This document shows positions 30,991 to 32,000 of a DNA stretch of 32,000 bases, one piece after another (the first letter of the stretch is position 1; each line of letters opens with the position of its first letter). The stretch lies in contig CP006913.1 of NCBI GenBank assembly GCA_000503875.1, positions 810,001 through 842,000 of the forward strand, in the 5' to 3' direction. The DNA comes from Candidatus Saccharimonadota bacterium. GTDB lineage: Bacteria; Patescibacteriota; Gracilibacteria; Absconditabacterales; Absconditicoccaceae. Made by a program: the position numbers and the translations under genes. The notes beneath the pieces were generated by a model. It was not told the DNA's origin. It ran no database searches and saw only the letters and a list, made by a program, of their open reading frames with translations.

Positions 30991-31989
30991 ATGACTATGT
31001 CCCTCTATCAATCTCACATTCGAAAGACCATTCAAAAAGATATTTACCAAAAGCCTAGCTTTACCCTCCATCTCTTCGGTAAAGACTATTTTTGAACAAT
31101 CAAAACCAAAAAAATCGGACCTATTACCCTCAAACGATATCAGATTCTATGAATTGAATTGCCAAAAGATCATAAAGAAATCAGCAAAGCTATCCAAAAA
31201 ATAAAGTCTGAATTTTGACATCATTGGACAGATATTTTTTTTCAACGAGGTGTGACTACTTCTATCCAAACTTTTGATGTCAAAGACATCGACAACGAAT
31301 TGGCGAGTTCGCTCAGAGATACGAGATTAAGTCTTCGTACTCACTTCAAAGAAGACTATCATCTTATCCATTCATTTAGAGAAAATCTGCCAGAAAGTAA
31401 TATTATTATTGATATTACAAAAACCAATGAAGAATTACTCCGTGAAATGAACAAATCATCCAGAGTTCGTGTCAGAAAATGAATAGAAAATGGGATAACT
31501 TTTAGAACACTCCAAGAACACGAATATCAAAAGTTTTATAACAAACGACAAACAACAGCAGACAAAAAATGATTTAACACCATATCAGAAAACCAATATA
31601 CCAAACTAATAAAAGAGCTGATACAGACCAAAACAGGAAATGTAGTAATTACCGAAAAAGATGGTGAAATCTTGGCAGGAAGTATAGTTATTTATGACGA
31701 CAAAAATATGGTGTGACTCTATGGATTTGCTGACAGAACACATAATACAATAGGGGGACAACAATATTTGAAATTTAAAACCTTTGAACGAGCGAGAGAA
31801 CAAGGCTTTACAACCTTTGACCTCATGGGCGGCGCTCCTACAGGATTTCCTGAACATGAATTAACAAGCGTCAGTGCTTTCAAAGAATCTATAGGGGGTA
31901 AAAAAATAGAATATACAGGAAATTTCGATATCATCCTCAATCCTCGACTCTACAAAATTTTCAAACGACTATTCACTTTAAAAAAATAA
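30991..31989 (+). CDS. FemAB-family peptidoglycan aminoacyltransferase (332 aa)
   Basis: Runs from ATG 30991 to TAA 31987-31989, frame checked, with 6 in-frame TGA. The segment ...GSIVIYDDKNMVGLYGFADRTHNTIGGQQYLKFKTFE(CGA)AREQGFTTFDLMGGAP matches the Fem/MurM C-terminal signature. Confidence 0.8.
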
Positions 31990-32000
31990 TAATAAAAATA

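Noticed and set aside
1-32000. Reading the many short, stop-interrupted ORFs as pseudogenes or a decaying genome
   Set aside because: All interruptions are TGA. Adjacent fragments stay in the same frame and the TGA positions coincide with conserved Gly, so this is recoding, not decay.
1-32000. Code 4 (TGA=Trp, Mycoplasma-like) as the explanation for TGA read-through
   Set aside because: TGA aligns with Gly in P-loops (GxxxxGKS/T), in DnaA RELEGAL and in ValRS GTGALK. It also alternates with GGA/GGT between repeat copies. Trp positions use TGG or CGA instead.

Overview
AT-rich bacterial window from a recoded genome. TGA is a sense codon for Gly, as in translation table 25 (SR1/Absconditabacteria-Gracilibacteria type candidate phyla radiation lineage). 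CGA, and probably CGG, sits where conserved proteins have Trp. The supplied standard-code ORF track therefore fragments almost every gene and prints R where W is meant. Reading through TGA by hand and checking each frame for TAA/TAG gives about 30 CDSs. Housekeeping genes: dnaA (4136..5602 -), Nudix hydrolase, a short SufB/D-like protein, miaA, two tandem MscS-family channels, a sigma-region-4/HARE-HTH protein, ychF, a cation diffusion facilitator (CDF) transporter, valS (24413..27376 +), an HD-domain protein and a FemAB-family transferase. Accessory content: (a) a locus of paralogous secreted and membrane-anchored surface proteins (1..4019); (b) a 743-aa acidic secreted protein with three near-identical 390-bp tandem coding repeats plus a diverged fourth; (c) a single 1046-codon type IV coupling-protein-like (T4CP-like) ATPase ORF that the track splits into five pieces; (d) a four-gene membrane/lipoprotein cluster (27525..29787) with no forward-strand ORF in the standard-code track, because most of its Gly codons are TGA. 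No rRNA, tRNA, CRISPR array or recognisable transposase was seen. The main finding is the genetic code itself, which is directly readable from valS and from the internal repeats. All coordinates and motifs come from manual translation. Family assignments rest on remembered family motifs, not on searches.
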